From assembly GCA_041739675.1 (NCBI GenBank), contig JBGSNL010000083.1, forward strand, positions 1 through 37,212: a DNA stretch of 37,212 bases, given 5' to 3'. Position numbers and translations under genes: made by a program. Of this stretch, positions 8,294 through 17,200 are shown piece after piece. The stretch's first letter is position 1. Each line of letters begins with the position of its first letter. Origin of the DNA: a bacterium (GTDB lineage Bacteria; UBA10199; 2-02-FULL-44-16; DYJF01). The notes under the pieces were generated by a model. That model ran no database searches. It saw only the letters and a list, made by a program, of their open reading frames with translations, and was not told the origin of the DNA.

Positions 8294-10113
8294 ACGAGCT
8301 CTTTCACTTTCCTCACGATGTCATTTTTTGAAATTCCTTCAAAGGCCAGAAGCTCTTCAGTGGTTCCGCTCTTTGGGATCTTTCCCGCAGCAAGTTTGTG
8401 GACGGGAACTGCATAACCGCCGAGCGCGCTCGCTACGGCCTCTCCCAGCCCGCCCTCAGGACTGTGATCTTCGACGGTGACAATCGCCTTCGTTTCTTTC
8501 GCGGCTTTTCCAAGCGCGGCTTCGTCTATTGGTTTGATGCTGTACAGATCGATCACGCGGATGAAAATTCCCGCTTTGGCCAGATCGTCGTATGCCTTGA
8601 GCGCCTCATGAAGCGTGATGCCCGCGGCCACAACCGTGACCGTGTCGTTGCCGCTCTGCCTCACGATTTTGCATTTGCCGATCGGGAACTGCTCTTTCTC
8701 ATCGTAGATGACCGGCGTCGGGTTTCTTGTCGTGCGGATATATACCATCCCCTTGTGTTTCGCCGCCTCCTCAACCAGCTTGTCGGTTGAGACGGCGTCA
8801 CAGGGATAGAGCACCGCGCAATCTTTCACGGTGCGGAACATCGCGATGTCTTCAAGGCCCATCTGCGAAGGTCCGTCAGCGCCTATCGAGACGCCCGCAT
8901 GCGAGCCGGAAAATTTTATGTTGGCGGCGGAGTACTGGCACATTCTTATCTGATCGAAGGCCCTGGTAAAGAATGCGGCGAATGTGGAGACGAACGGAAT
9001 CTTGCCGCGCCTTGAAAGGCCTAGAGCTGCACCCACCATGTTCTGTTCGGCGATATACATCTCAAAAAATCTTTCGGGGCAGGCCTTCTCGAAGGCTTGA
9101 CTGTAAGTCGAGTTGGAGACCTCGCCGTCAAGAACGGCCATGTTCGGATATTTTTCAAAAATCCTCACGAGCGCGTCGCCGTACGCTTTGCGCGTCGCAA
9201 CTTCGCCGGTGTACGAAACTTCTTCGGTTTGGATCTCGGGAATCGCGGGCGACGGCCGTTCGTCTCCCGGTTTTTCTATGACCGCCTTGACGGAACGGTC
9301 GACAGCGCCCATCTCGGCAAGCGCCTTCCCTGTTTCCTCTTTCGAGAGGGATTTGCCGTGCCAGCCGTTCTTGTCTTCAATGAGCGAGACACCTTTGCCC
9401 TTTATCGTCTTCGCGATGATCATCACCGGCATTTCCCTCACGGTCCTGGCTTCCTCGTATGCCCGAAGAATTTTTTCAGGGTTATGGCCGTCATCCACGA
9501 CAATTGTGTGCCATCCGAAGGCGGAGATGCGATCCCTGTATGCGGCGAGATCATGCCCATACATCGTCTCGGCAGTCTGGCCGAGGCGGTTCACATCGAG
9601 AATGCCGATGAGATTATCCAGCTTGTAATGTGCGGCGATCTGAATTGCCTCCCACTGTGAACCCTCGGCCATTTCGCTGTCGCCCAGAAGGACGAACGTG
9701 CGGTAGGGGAGGTGGTCGATATATCTCGCGTTGATCGCCATGCCGACGCCGATGGAGAGCCCCTGTCCCAGCGAACCGGTTGCGGCCTCGGCAAAAGGAA
9801 ACGCGGGTGTGGGATGTCCCTCAAGCGGGCTTCCGAATTTTCTGAGACTCAGGAGATCTTTTTCAGTCAGCGCGCCGGCCGCCGCCCAGAGCGAGTAAAG
9901 AAGGGGAGAGGCGTGGCCCTTTGAAAATATCAGGCGGTCGTTGTTGGGATGATTCGGATTTTTTATATCGTATCTGAAGTGCCCGCCGAACATCAACGCT
10001 ACCGTGAGCTCAACGGCGGAAAGAGAAGAACTTGGGTGGCCCGATCCCGCTTCAGTCGTGGAGATCAGAATATAATAGCGGACGAGCCTTGATATTGTTT
10101 CCAGATTCCCCAC
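8281..10113 (-). CDS. tkt: Transketolase (single chain, about 610 aa)
   Basis: AGSGHPSS, SKGHA, ATGSLGQG, GDSEMAEG TPP motif, IAEQNMV, GADGPSQM, VEDH. Confidence 0.95.
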   Translation of the reverse strand: MGNLETISRLVRYYILISTTEAGSGHPSSSLSAVELTVALMFGGHFRYDIKNPNHPNNDRLIFSKGHASPLLYSLWAAAGALTEKDLLSLRKFGSPLEGHPTPAFPFAEAATGSLGQGLSIGVGMAINARYIDHLPYRTFVLLGDSEMAEGSQWEAIQIAAHYKLDNLIGILDVNRLGQTAETMYGHDLAAYRDRISAFGWHTIVVDDGHNPEKILRAYEEARTVREMPVMIIAKTIKGKGVSLIEDKNGWHGKSLSKEETGKALAEMGAVDRSVKAVIEKPGDERPSPAIPEIQTEEVSYTGEVATRKAYGDALVRIFEKYPNMAVLDGEVSNSTYSQAFEKACPERFFEMYIAEQNMVGAALGLSRRGKIPFVSTFAAFFTRAFDQIRMCQYSAANIKFSGSHAGVSIGADGPSQMGLEDIAMFRTVKDCAVLYPCDAVSTDKLVEEAAKHKGMVYIRTTRNPTPVIYDEKEQFPIGKCKIVRQSGNDTVTVVAAGITLHEALKAYDDLAKAGIFIRVIDLYSIKPIDEAALGKAAKETKAIVTVEDHSPEGGLGEAVASALGGYAVPVHKLAAGKIPKSGTTEELLAFEGISKNDIVRKVKELVQKA

Positions 10114-10114
10114 T

Positions 10115-10190
10115 TGGTGGAGCTGAACGGGATCGAACCGTCGACCTCCTGAATGCCATTCAGGCGCTCTCCCAGCTGAGCTACAGCCCC
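10115..10190 (-). tRNA. tRNA-Ala(GGC)
   Basis: Reverse complement GGGGCTGTAGCTCAGCTGGGAGAGCGCCTGAATGGCATTCAGGAGGTCGACGGTTCGATCCCGTTCAGCTCCACCA: 76 nt, G3-U70, GGC anticodon, encoded CCA. Confidence 0.97.
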
Positions 10191-10369
10191 GAAATCAATT
10201 GGCGGTCAGATAACAATCTTTCCGGCAAATATCAATCGGAATTTCAGAAATAGGTTGAAATCAGGGCGTTTATTCGATAATGGGGCGCCCTCTAATACCA
10301 GTAAATTCGAGGGTTAGAAAGGGCCTCTCGCAAGACATGCCTCACACAGTGCAATCCCGCATAAATATA

Positions 10370-10396
10370 GCAACTTTTAGGGGCCCGGGCCGATGA
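10370..10396 (+). promoter_or_regulatory. Putative sigma28 (FliA)-type promoter
   Basis: GCAACTTT-N11-GCCGATGA vs consensus TAAAGTTT-N11-GCCGATAA; same motif and spacing at 17025. Confidence 0.6.
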
Positions 10397-13300
10397 TACG
10401 TATGATGCGATACGCCCCGCCCACAAGCCTTGGAGTGGCGCCGTCAGGTGTCGGCTGTTCGAGCTGTCATCATAGTGAAACCTCATCCGCAATAGAGCCG
10501 CAACCGGCAGGCACAGATCCAAACGGTTCGGTTTTTGTGAACCCGGATGCCCCCTGTCCGCACTGCCATCCGGCGCTCCCATTTTCATCGCAGACTATCT
10601 TTTCCCGCGGGGCCGCAGAGGAGATGCCGTCGCCGTTCGTGCCCGACGCCGCAATGGGCGCGCGCTGGGACGAGAAACTCGCCTCGTTCCACGAGGCCGT
10701 CTCGTCGGGCGACCCTGACCTTCAGGATATGCTGTTCAGGGAGCTGGTTGACGTCGCCATCAGGCGCTACCACCTTGAAAATTCCTATGGCGATCTGGAG
10801 GAGAGCAGGGCGGTACTGGTTTTTCTAAAAAATCAGCTATCCGAATCGGAATCCTTTTATTTTTCCACAAACGCGTGCCATGCCGGGACAAGGGATGCAG
10901 CTCTCTATCTTCGAGCGCCCTCCGAAATTATGGGCCTCATTGACAGGCAGAAAGAAGTGATCGCCGCGCAAGATGGGATCCGAAACGAGGCCCTCAATCT
11001 TCTTGAAAATGATTTGCTCGATGCTTTGGCCGGTCTTGATGAGATGCCCGTCGAAGACGGCCTGCCGCAGGAGATGACGCTCTCGCCGGCGGCTGCCTCG
11101 ATCTTCGGCGATATTTTCAAATCGCTCGCAGATATGGAGCGGGCGCAAAAATATTACAACATAGCCGCGATCAATCCCCTCCAGACGGCCACGGGCGCAG
11201 TCTGGTACCGAATCCGCGCTCTCGAGATCGACGTCCGTTCCGAAGATGAATCGAAAAGGAAAGAGGCGGTGAAAGAAATTGAGTCGCTGCGCGCGGGGCT
11301 CTCCGATCTGCTCTTTGCCATATACGACGAGCGGATAACGGAAGAGGCGAGGAGCTCCATCTCTGAAGATACCGTAAGCGTGAATTTGGAGGACAATGTC
11401 CCCCGTGTATCCGCGGGGACCGAAGATCAGGTGTACGAAATCGACGCGCTGGCATGGGGCGTTCTCTACGACGCCTATGTGAAAGCGGGTGATGACGGTA
11501 AGCTGCATGAGCTGGAAGAAGACAGGCGCGGGATGGTGCGCGGCAGAATCGGCGAAGCTGGCGAACTGGAGTCGCTCCTGCAAGTGGACAACATGGACAG
11601 GGTTGCCCTTTTGAAGACCGTGCACAAAGGCTCCATCGAGCAGGCGTTGCGCTCGGAAGATCAGCGGGCGGCGGGCAGGGTTCAGCGGCAGCTGATAGAG
11701 GACCTGAGAGACGTATATGCCCTGATAAATCCCAACATGGAGAGAAGGCGCGGCGATCCGATCTTCGAGGGTTTTGCAAGACTCAACTGGAGGACTTTTT
11801 TCGGAGGTTATGCGGCGCGGGATCTCCCGCAGACGGCGCTCTATTATCTCGCCGATTTCATGGTCAAATCTTCTGCTTCGGACGAGTGCGTTAACATGGA
11901 CGACGGCCCTCAGCTTTGCGAACCTCCGGCGGACGCGCCGCAGGAGTATCCGGAAATTTATATGAACGCGCTGGACGACGATCTGGACCAGGCGCAGGAT
12001 TGCCGGAACTGCGCGGCGCCGTATGACGAATACTACGACAGGTCGGGCGACCGCCTCTCGGGGGCGGCGCCGTGGTTCTACGATGAGTACGACAGGGTCG
12101 TTGGATTCGGGGATACGAACTTCATCGAATCGGAGCTTGCGCATTTAAGGGAAAATGCGCCGCAGGTTTTCTTTGCCGACGGTACTCTCAATCCGGACGT
12201 CGACGTCGAGGACACGGAAGCTGCCGACAGAGTTATGTCGGCATACTGGCGGAGCAACGACACCTTGAGGGAGGTGGGTCTGCCCGCGAGCGCCGCAATC
12301 GGCTGTTTCGCCATCGCGACAATTTTTGCCGAGACCCTTGTTGTTCCGACGATCGCCGCGGTGGTCTGCGGCGGCGGGGCAAGTCTTGCCAATCGCGAGA
12401 TAAACGAATCGAACGCCTCCGACCAGTATTGGCAGGCGCGAAACACGGGCATTGCGCAGATCACGCCGAGGGAGGCGAAGGGCAACAAGGGGGTCTGGTA
12501 TTTCACGGAAGGAATGAACACGATCTTCAACGCGGCGATGCTGGGGCCGGCGACGTCCGTATGGGGACGCGCGGGTCTGGAGGCGCTGAAGAAAGGCATC
12601 GCAAGGGGGAGCGGATGGCTCGCGGGTGAAGCTGGAGTGAGAGCCCTTCTTCGGGCCGCGGCAGGGCCCCTCGAGACAGTCAGCAGAGCCGCGCTCGGAA
12701 TCGGCCGGGCCGCGGAAACGGCGGGCCAATGGTATTGGAAGCTTCCCGTGGGGACGAGACTTCGAATGGCGGGTCTGCTGCCCGCCGGCATCGATTACGG
12801 CTTTGTGAACCGCGACGGAAATCTTGTTTCGTGGGACGGCAAACTCGACCACTGGTACGGTTATGCGGGTCTCACGGCGGCGGCAAGCGAAGCGGGGTAC
12901 CAGCTTTTCAGCCGCACATGGCAGCCTGCGTTTGCCGAGGCAGTGGCGGCTAGCTCACTGCGAAGCGGTATTGCGCGCCTCGGTGCGGATATGGCCGCGT
13001 CGGATTATTATCTCGTCAAAAAAAATCAGAACGGTGAATACGAATTTGTGGATTTCAACGGGCCGCGGTCCACCTCTCTGGAAGAACACGCCTTTGAATC
13101 GCAATTCGGCATCGATACATATCTCGGCGCGGGAGGCCTCCTCCTGGCCAGCGGTGACTGGATGCAAAACGAGATCCGGATGATGAGCTGGCTTGAACGC
13201 ACCTTGGCGACGGCCGGGGCAGGTGGCGTCATCTATGACATCGCCGACGACGGCCACCTGAATTCGGCTGCCGGCGGAATCGGCGGATCGATCATCGCTT

Positions 13301-15153
13301 CCGAAGTGTGCTATCGCGCATTGAATGTCAATGCATTGGGGTCCATGGCTTTCCTGCCCTTCAGGATTTTGGGCGAGTGGACGGTGCAGGCGATGCAGGA
13401 CGTTCCGATACAAGCACCCGATCCGGTTCGTCTCATATCATCCACGGCGGAGAGCGCCTTCATGCTCATGGTCGTGAAGGGGCTCTATCAGGGAAATCAT
13501 TACTGGAACACTTTCCCGCTCGGAAGAAATCTGGCGGCCGCATCGTCGGAATTGCCGGTATTGAGATACCTGCGCTCGATCCAGAACCTGGGGCGTTATT
13601 CCATGTTCGGCGGCAACAAGGCGTCTCTGGACGGCTGGTCCGGCGGCATACGGACGCGTCCGCTCAGAAGCATGGCAAACGGCGACGTGGTCTACAAGCT
13701 GCGCGGCGACAAACACTGGAACGGGTTTGCAGAGAACAACGAGGATCTGATCCTCCGCGTGGCGGCACAACCCGGCGGCGCCGCTCCGAAATTTTTCTTC
13801 AATGAAATGCAAGTGACCGAGAATTTTCTGTTGGAGCACGGCTATTTTTACAGAAACGGCGCAATTTTTGAATTTCAACCGCTGCGCAACGGTCACCTTT
13901 ATCTTGGCGGAAGGAAGATGACCGCGCATGAAATCAGAAACTTAAACGACGGCGCGCGTTCGCGCGTGGTTTCTGAACTCAGGGAGAACGGCTGGCGCAT
14001 GACCGGAAATCATTTTGAACGTTATTGGATTGAAAGGCCCTACCATCCCGAGGTCCTGCTCGAAAGACCTCAGGGAAGATTGAGCACGCCTGAATATAAG
14101 ATCGTGGAATCGTCTGTCAGACTCAACGGCGACACGGTTCCGGTGTGGCTCAAATTTTCGCGGCGCACGATAATGGCCGATGAAGCCTTGGTCGGAGGCA
14201 GAAAGATCGTTACCTGGACGGGCCAGCGCGAGCAGCCGCATTTTACGCCATGGGGAGTGGCGATTCAGGGACCGCCCGTGATCGGCTCGGCCTACGCCAC
14301 CAACTATCTCTTGTTTCACAGGGTTGCGCGCGGCGATCCCGAGTATCAGCCGCTCAGCCGTCTGGCACTCTATGTTCCGACCGTCTATTTCACTTGGCCG
14401 GTCATTCAGGCTCCCCTGGGGCTGGACACTGCGCAGGCGCGCCTGACCGGAACGCTTTTCGGCCAGTTTTTCCTAATGGGCTCAGCATGGCTTTATCCTC
14501 CGTATCGGAATACGGCTCCGGGACAGCAGACATTGTACGATCTCCTTGATGCGGGCGGAACCATCGACCGGCCCTGGTATCATCCGAACTCCGACAATGC
14601 ATTCGACTCCTTCGGGCGCATCGCGACAAGTTTCAGCCCCGGTTTCTGGGGATCGACTCAGGGCAGTTTTTTTGAAATCGAAAACCCGGCAATGGATAAT
14701 TTAAGGATAGGTCTGGACTGCCGCATGGATCTGGCAAACGACATCGACTTCGGCGATTCGAGATCGTGCATCTCGCTTCCGGATTCGACGCAGGATCAGA
14801 TCCGGATGCTGGAACACGATGTGGATATGGAAATCATGAAAAAGCGCCTGGACGCGTGGGCTAAACTCTTCGAGAGCAAGATGGGCGAGGAGAGGGGCGA
14901 CGATTTATCGGAGCGCGAGAGGCGCCTTCTGATCATGCTCGGCGCGTGGTTCAAACATATGCTCAATGACAACGAGCGCTACGAACCGGTTTTGGAAAAC
15001 ATTCGCCGCGTTCGCGCAAGCCAGCAATACGCGTGGTTCTTCGATTTGATCCCCACGCTCACGACCGATTCGGAATGGGAAGATTTTGTGAAGCAGGTCA
15101 ACGGCGGCAGGGCGCGCGCCTCGGATTTCTATTTCGACCCGCACATGCATTGA
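10393..15153 (+). CDS. Giant hypothetical protein (about 1,580 aa); true start may be ATG 10402 or 10405
   Basis: Uninterrupted 4.76-kb ORF; no signal peptide; N-terminal CxxCH x2; central Gly/Ala hydrophobic segments. Confidence 0.85.
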   Translation: MIRMMRYAPPTSLGVAPSGVGCSSCHHSETSSAIEPQPAGTDPNGSVFVNPDAPCPHCHPALPFSSQTIFSRGAAEEMPSPFVPDAAMGARWDEKLASFHEAVSSGDPDLQDMLFRELVDVAIRRYHLENSYGDLEESRAVLVFLKNQLSESESFYFSTNACHAGTRDAALYLRAPSEIMGLIDRQKEVIAAQDGIRNEALNLLENDLLDALAGLDEMPVEDGLPQEMTLSPAAASIFGDIFKSLADMERAQKYYNIAAINPLQTATGAVWYRIRALEIDVRSEDESKRKEAVKEIESLRAGLSDLLFAIYDERITEEARSSISEDTVSVNLEDNVPRVSAGTEDQVYEIDALAWGVLYDAYVKAGDDGKLHELEEDRRGMVRGRIGEAGELESLLQVDNMDRVALLKTVHKGSIEQALRSEDQRAAGRVQRQLIEDLRDVYALINPNMERRRGDPIFEGFARLNWRTFFGGYAARDLPQTALYYLADFMVKSSASDECVNMDDGPQLCEPPADAPQEYPEIYMNALDDDLDQAQDCRNCAAPYDEYYDRSGDRLSGAAPWFYDEYDRVVGFGDTNFIESELAHLRENAPQVFFADGTLNPDVDVEDTEAADRVMSAYWRSNDTLREVGLPASAAIGCFAIATIFAETLVVPTIAAVVCGGGASLANREINESNASDQYWQARNTGIAQITPREAKGNKGVWYFTEGMNTIFNAAMLGPATSVWGRAGLEALKKGIARGSGWLAGEAGVRALLRAAAGPLETVSRAALGIGRAAETAGQWYWKLPVGTRLRMAGLLPAGIDYGFVNRDGNLVSWDGKLDHWYGYAGLTAAASEAGYQLFSRTWQPAFAEAVAASSLRSGIARLGADMAASDYYLVKKNQNGEYEFVDFNGPRSTSLEEHAFESQFGIDTYLGAGGLLLASGDWMQNEIRMMSWLERTLATAGAGGVIYDIADDGHLNSAAGGIGGSIIASEVCYRALNVNALGSMAFLPFRILGEWTVQAMQDVPIQAPDPVRLISSTAESAFMLMVVKGLYQGNHYWNTFPLGRNLAAASSELPVLRYLRSIQNLGRYSMFGGNKASLDGWSGGIRTRPLRSMANGDVVYKLRGDKHWNGFAENNEDLILRVAAQPGGAAPKFFFNEMQVTENFLLEHGYFYRNGAIFEFQPLRNGHLYLGGRKMTAHEIRNLNDGARSRVVSELRENGWRMTGNHFERYWIERPYHPEVLLERPQGRLSTPEYKIVESSVRLNGDTVPVWLKFSRRTIMADEALVGGRKIVTWTGQREQPHFTPWGVAIQGPPVIGSAYATNYLLFHRVARGDPEYQPLSRLALYVPTVYFTWPVIQAPLGLDTAQARLTGTLFGQFFLMGSAWLYPPYRNTAPGQQTLYDLLDAGGTIDRPWYHPNSDNAFDSFGRIATSFSPGFWGSTQGSFFEIENPAMDNLRIGLDCRMDLANDIDFGDSRSCISLPDSTQDQIRMLEHDVDMEIMKKRLDAWAKLFESKMGEERGDDLSERERRLLIMLGAWFKHMLNDNERYEPVLENIRRVRASQQYAWFFDLIPTLTTDSEWEDFVKQVNGGRARASDFYFDPHMH

Positions 15154-16872
15154 TCACTTGGACAATTTGCCGGTCGTCACTTTTTCGATGGCGGCAGCCA
15201 ACTCCTTCGCCTTCCGGGCAAGATTGTCAGCCGTTGCTCGCGTTTTTTTCACCCACTCTGTATCGCCTATTCCGCCAAGGTTGATGAGTACATTATAATA
15301 CGCGCCCATCGCGGCGGTGTAGCCGGTGAGCCCGGCGACTCCCGCGTCGGAGAGGGAATTCTTGTTTCCCTGTTCGGCAACCTTGAGCGCCAGATCGAGC
15401 GACGTGATCGATTTTTCCATCACGCCCAGCGGAACAAGTGTTGCGCGCTTCGTGGCCTCTTCAAGAGCGCGCGCCCGGACCTTTTTTTCTTCGTCGGTGC
15501 CTTTCGGCATTCCGAAACAGGCCATCACGGCGTTGAAGGCATCCGTATCCTTGTCGATCGCCTCAACCTGCAAGCGCATGTTTGACTGCGCGGCGACACC
15601 GACTTTTTCCATATCATCCCACACTTTTTCGTAACCCTTCTTGTTGTGCGTGAGTGCCGCAACCATGGAGGAGAGGGCTGCCGATAGCGCGCCCGCGAGC
15701 GCGGCCACCGATCCGCCGCCGGGAGCGGGGGAGGCGGACGATAATTCGTCTGCAAAAGCTTTCACGGTCATTGAAGCCAATGGCATATCCACCTCCCGCC
15801 CGCCATGCGAGCCTTGCGGCTTCGCAAGGCGAGGCGGGCGGGCAAAGTGTGATTCGATTATTTTTTTGTGTGGGTCGAACGGTGTTGCGTCGTTCAAACC
15901 AAGAGATCTTATCGCGGTCTGTATCAGCATCTTTTCAGGGACGCCTGAGTTCCCTTTTTGTTTTTTGAGATAGTGGACCCCGGCGTCTATCATCGCCTTT
16001 TTCGGGACGAGCCCCACGATCTCGCTTCCAGTGACGCGGAGGCCCAGTTTGTCCGCTTCCTTCACGCACGCATCGAAGACCTCATGCATGGGCGTCACAG
16101 TGAAGTCGGTGAGGTTGATCGTCACCTGTGCGCAGTTGTATTCGGGGATGAGCCAGCCGGTAGCGCGGCAGTGCTTGAAAAGCCCCGGCACGTAAACGGT
16201 GTCGCCTTGCGAATCGACGACCTTGTTGCCTTGCTTGTCCCTTTTGATGCGCCCCTTCTCGCGAATCGCAAACGCGATCTCCTTTGCGAGCCTCACGTCG
16301 GTCGTGTTGAGATTGACGTTGTACGCGATGAGAAACTGGCGCGCGCCGATAACGGTTGCGCCGCTTTTCGCGTTGAATTCGGCGGGGCCGAAATCGGGTT
16401 TCCATTCGGGTTTTTTTATTTTTTCGGAGAATCCCTCGTATTCTCCCGCGCGGATATCGGCGAGGCTCTTTCTTTGAGATGAAGTCGCGGCGTGTTCATA
16501 AAGATAAACCGGAATATTCAGTTCGTCTCCTACGCGTTTTCCCAACTTTCTTGCAAGTTCCGCGCACTCTTCCATCGTGACGCCTGCGATTGGAACGAAA
16601 GGGCAGACGTCTGTTGCGCCCATTCTCGGGTGCGCGCCTTTCTGATGGCGCATGTCGATCAACTCGGACGCTTTTTTGATTGCGAGAAACGCCGCTTCAA
16701 GAACGTCTGTCGGCGCGCCGGCGAAAGTGAAGACGGTGCGGTTCGTAGCCGCGCCGGGATCCATATCGAGAAGCTTCACGCCGGAGACGGACCGAATTTC
16801 GCACGCGATAGCATCGAGGATTTTCCTGTCTTTCCCCTCGGAAAAATTCGGAACGCACTCGACAAGTTTCAT
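15154..16872 (-). CDS. ftcd: Bifunctional glutamate formimidoyltransferase / formiminotetrahydrofolate cyclodeaminase
   Basis: LVECVPNFSEG, GAHPRMGATDVCPF, SEIVGLVP; C-terminal SPAPGGGSVAAL, GNKNSLSDAGV. Confidence 0.95.
   Translation of the reverse strand: MKLVECVPNFSEGKDRKILDAIACEIRSVSGVKLLDMDPGAATNRTVFTFAGAPTDVLEAAFLAIKKASELIDMRHQKGAHPRMGATDVCPFVPIAGVTMEECAELARKLGKRVGDELNIPVYLYEHAATSSQRKSLADIRAGEYEGFSEKIKKPEWKPDFGPAEFNAKSGATVIGARQFLIAYNVNLNTTDVRLAKEIAFAIREKGRIKRDKQGNKVVDSQGDTVYVPGLFKHCRATGWLIPEYNCAQVTINLTDFTVTPMHEVFDACVKEADKLGLRVTGSEIVGLVPKKAMIDAGVHYLKKQKGNSGVPEKMLIQTAIRSLGLNDATPFDPHKKIIESHFARPPRLAKPQGSHGGREVDMPLASMTVKAFADELSSASPAPGGGSVAALAGALSAALSSMVAALTHNKKGYEKVWDDMEKVGVAAQSNMRLQVEAIDKDTDAFNAVMACFGMPKGTDEEKKVRARALEEATKRATLVPLGVMEKSITSLDLALKVAEQGNKNSLSDAGVAGLTGYTAAMGAYYNVLINLGGIGDTEWVKKTRATADNLARKAKELAAAIEKVTTGKLSK
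15795..15842 (-). repeat. 48-bp palindromic element, copy 2 (in frame in the ftcd inter-domain linker)
   Basis: Reverse complement CCCGCCCGCCTCGCCTTGCGAAGCCGCAAGGCTCGCATGGCGGGCGGG. Confidence 0.9.
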
Positions 16873-17024
16873 CAGAATTCCTAGAAAAATGAATTTTTAA
16901 CAAATGGCTAATAAATGTCTGGCATAACTATGCGAGTTTGCGCACGAAATCAAGTATTCGATAAAGAGGGCTCAAATGGCCGTTTTATGTGGCTTTAGGG
17001 GGTGGATGAATTTGAAATTACCAA

Positions 17025-17051
17025 GCAACTTTTCGGTCAGGTTGCCGATAC
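17025..17051 (+). promoter_or_regulatory. Putative sigma28 (FliA)-type promoter
   Basis: GCAACTTT-N11-GCCGATAC. Confidence 0.6.
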
Positions 17052-17200
17052 GTGGGTTGGAGACCGATGGGAGAAAAAACTGCTTGATATGTCTTATGTA
17101 TTTCGATAGTTGCATACGGCTTTCAAAGGATTTAAAGCACGCCGCTCTGGGGGAGCAAGGTGCGCTGAGGATGAAGCGCTGATATGTAAAAGGAGAACAA

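Noticed and set aside
10115..10190. tRNA-Ala as the integration site of a genomic island
   Set aside because: No integrase and no duplicated tRNA 3' end seen; a housekeeping gene follows directly.
10837..12144. 435-aa antisense ORF and other long shadow ORFs
   Set aside because: Antisense shadows of GC-rich coding genes, with no recognisable motifs.
16919..16934. sigma54 promoter CTGGCATAACTATGC
   Set aside because: GG-GC spacing is 9, not the required 10.
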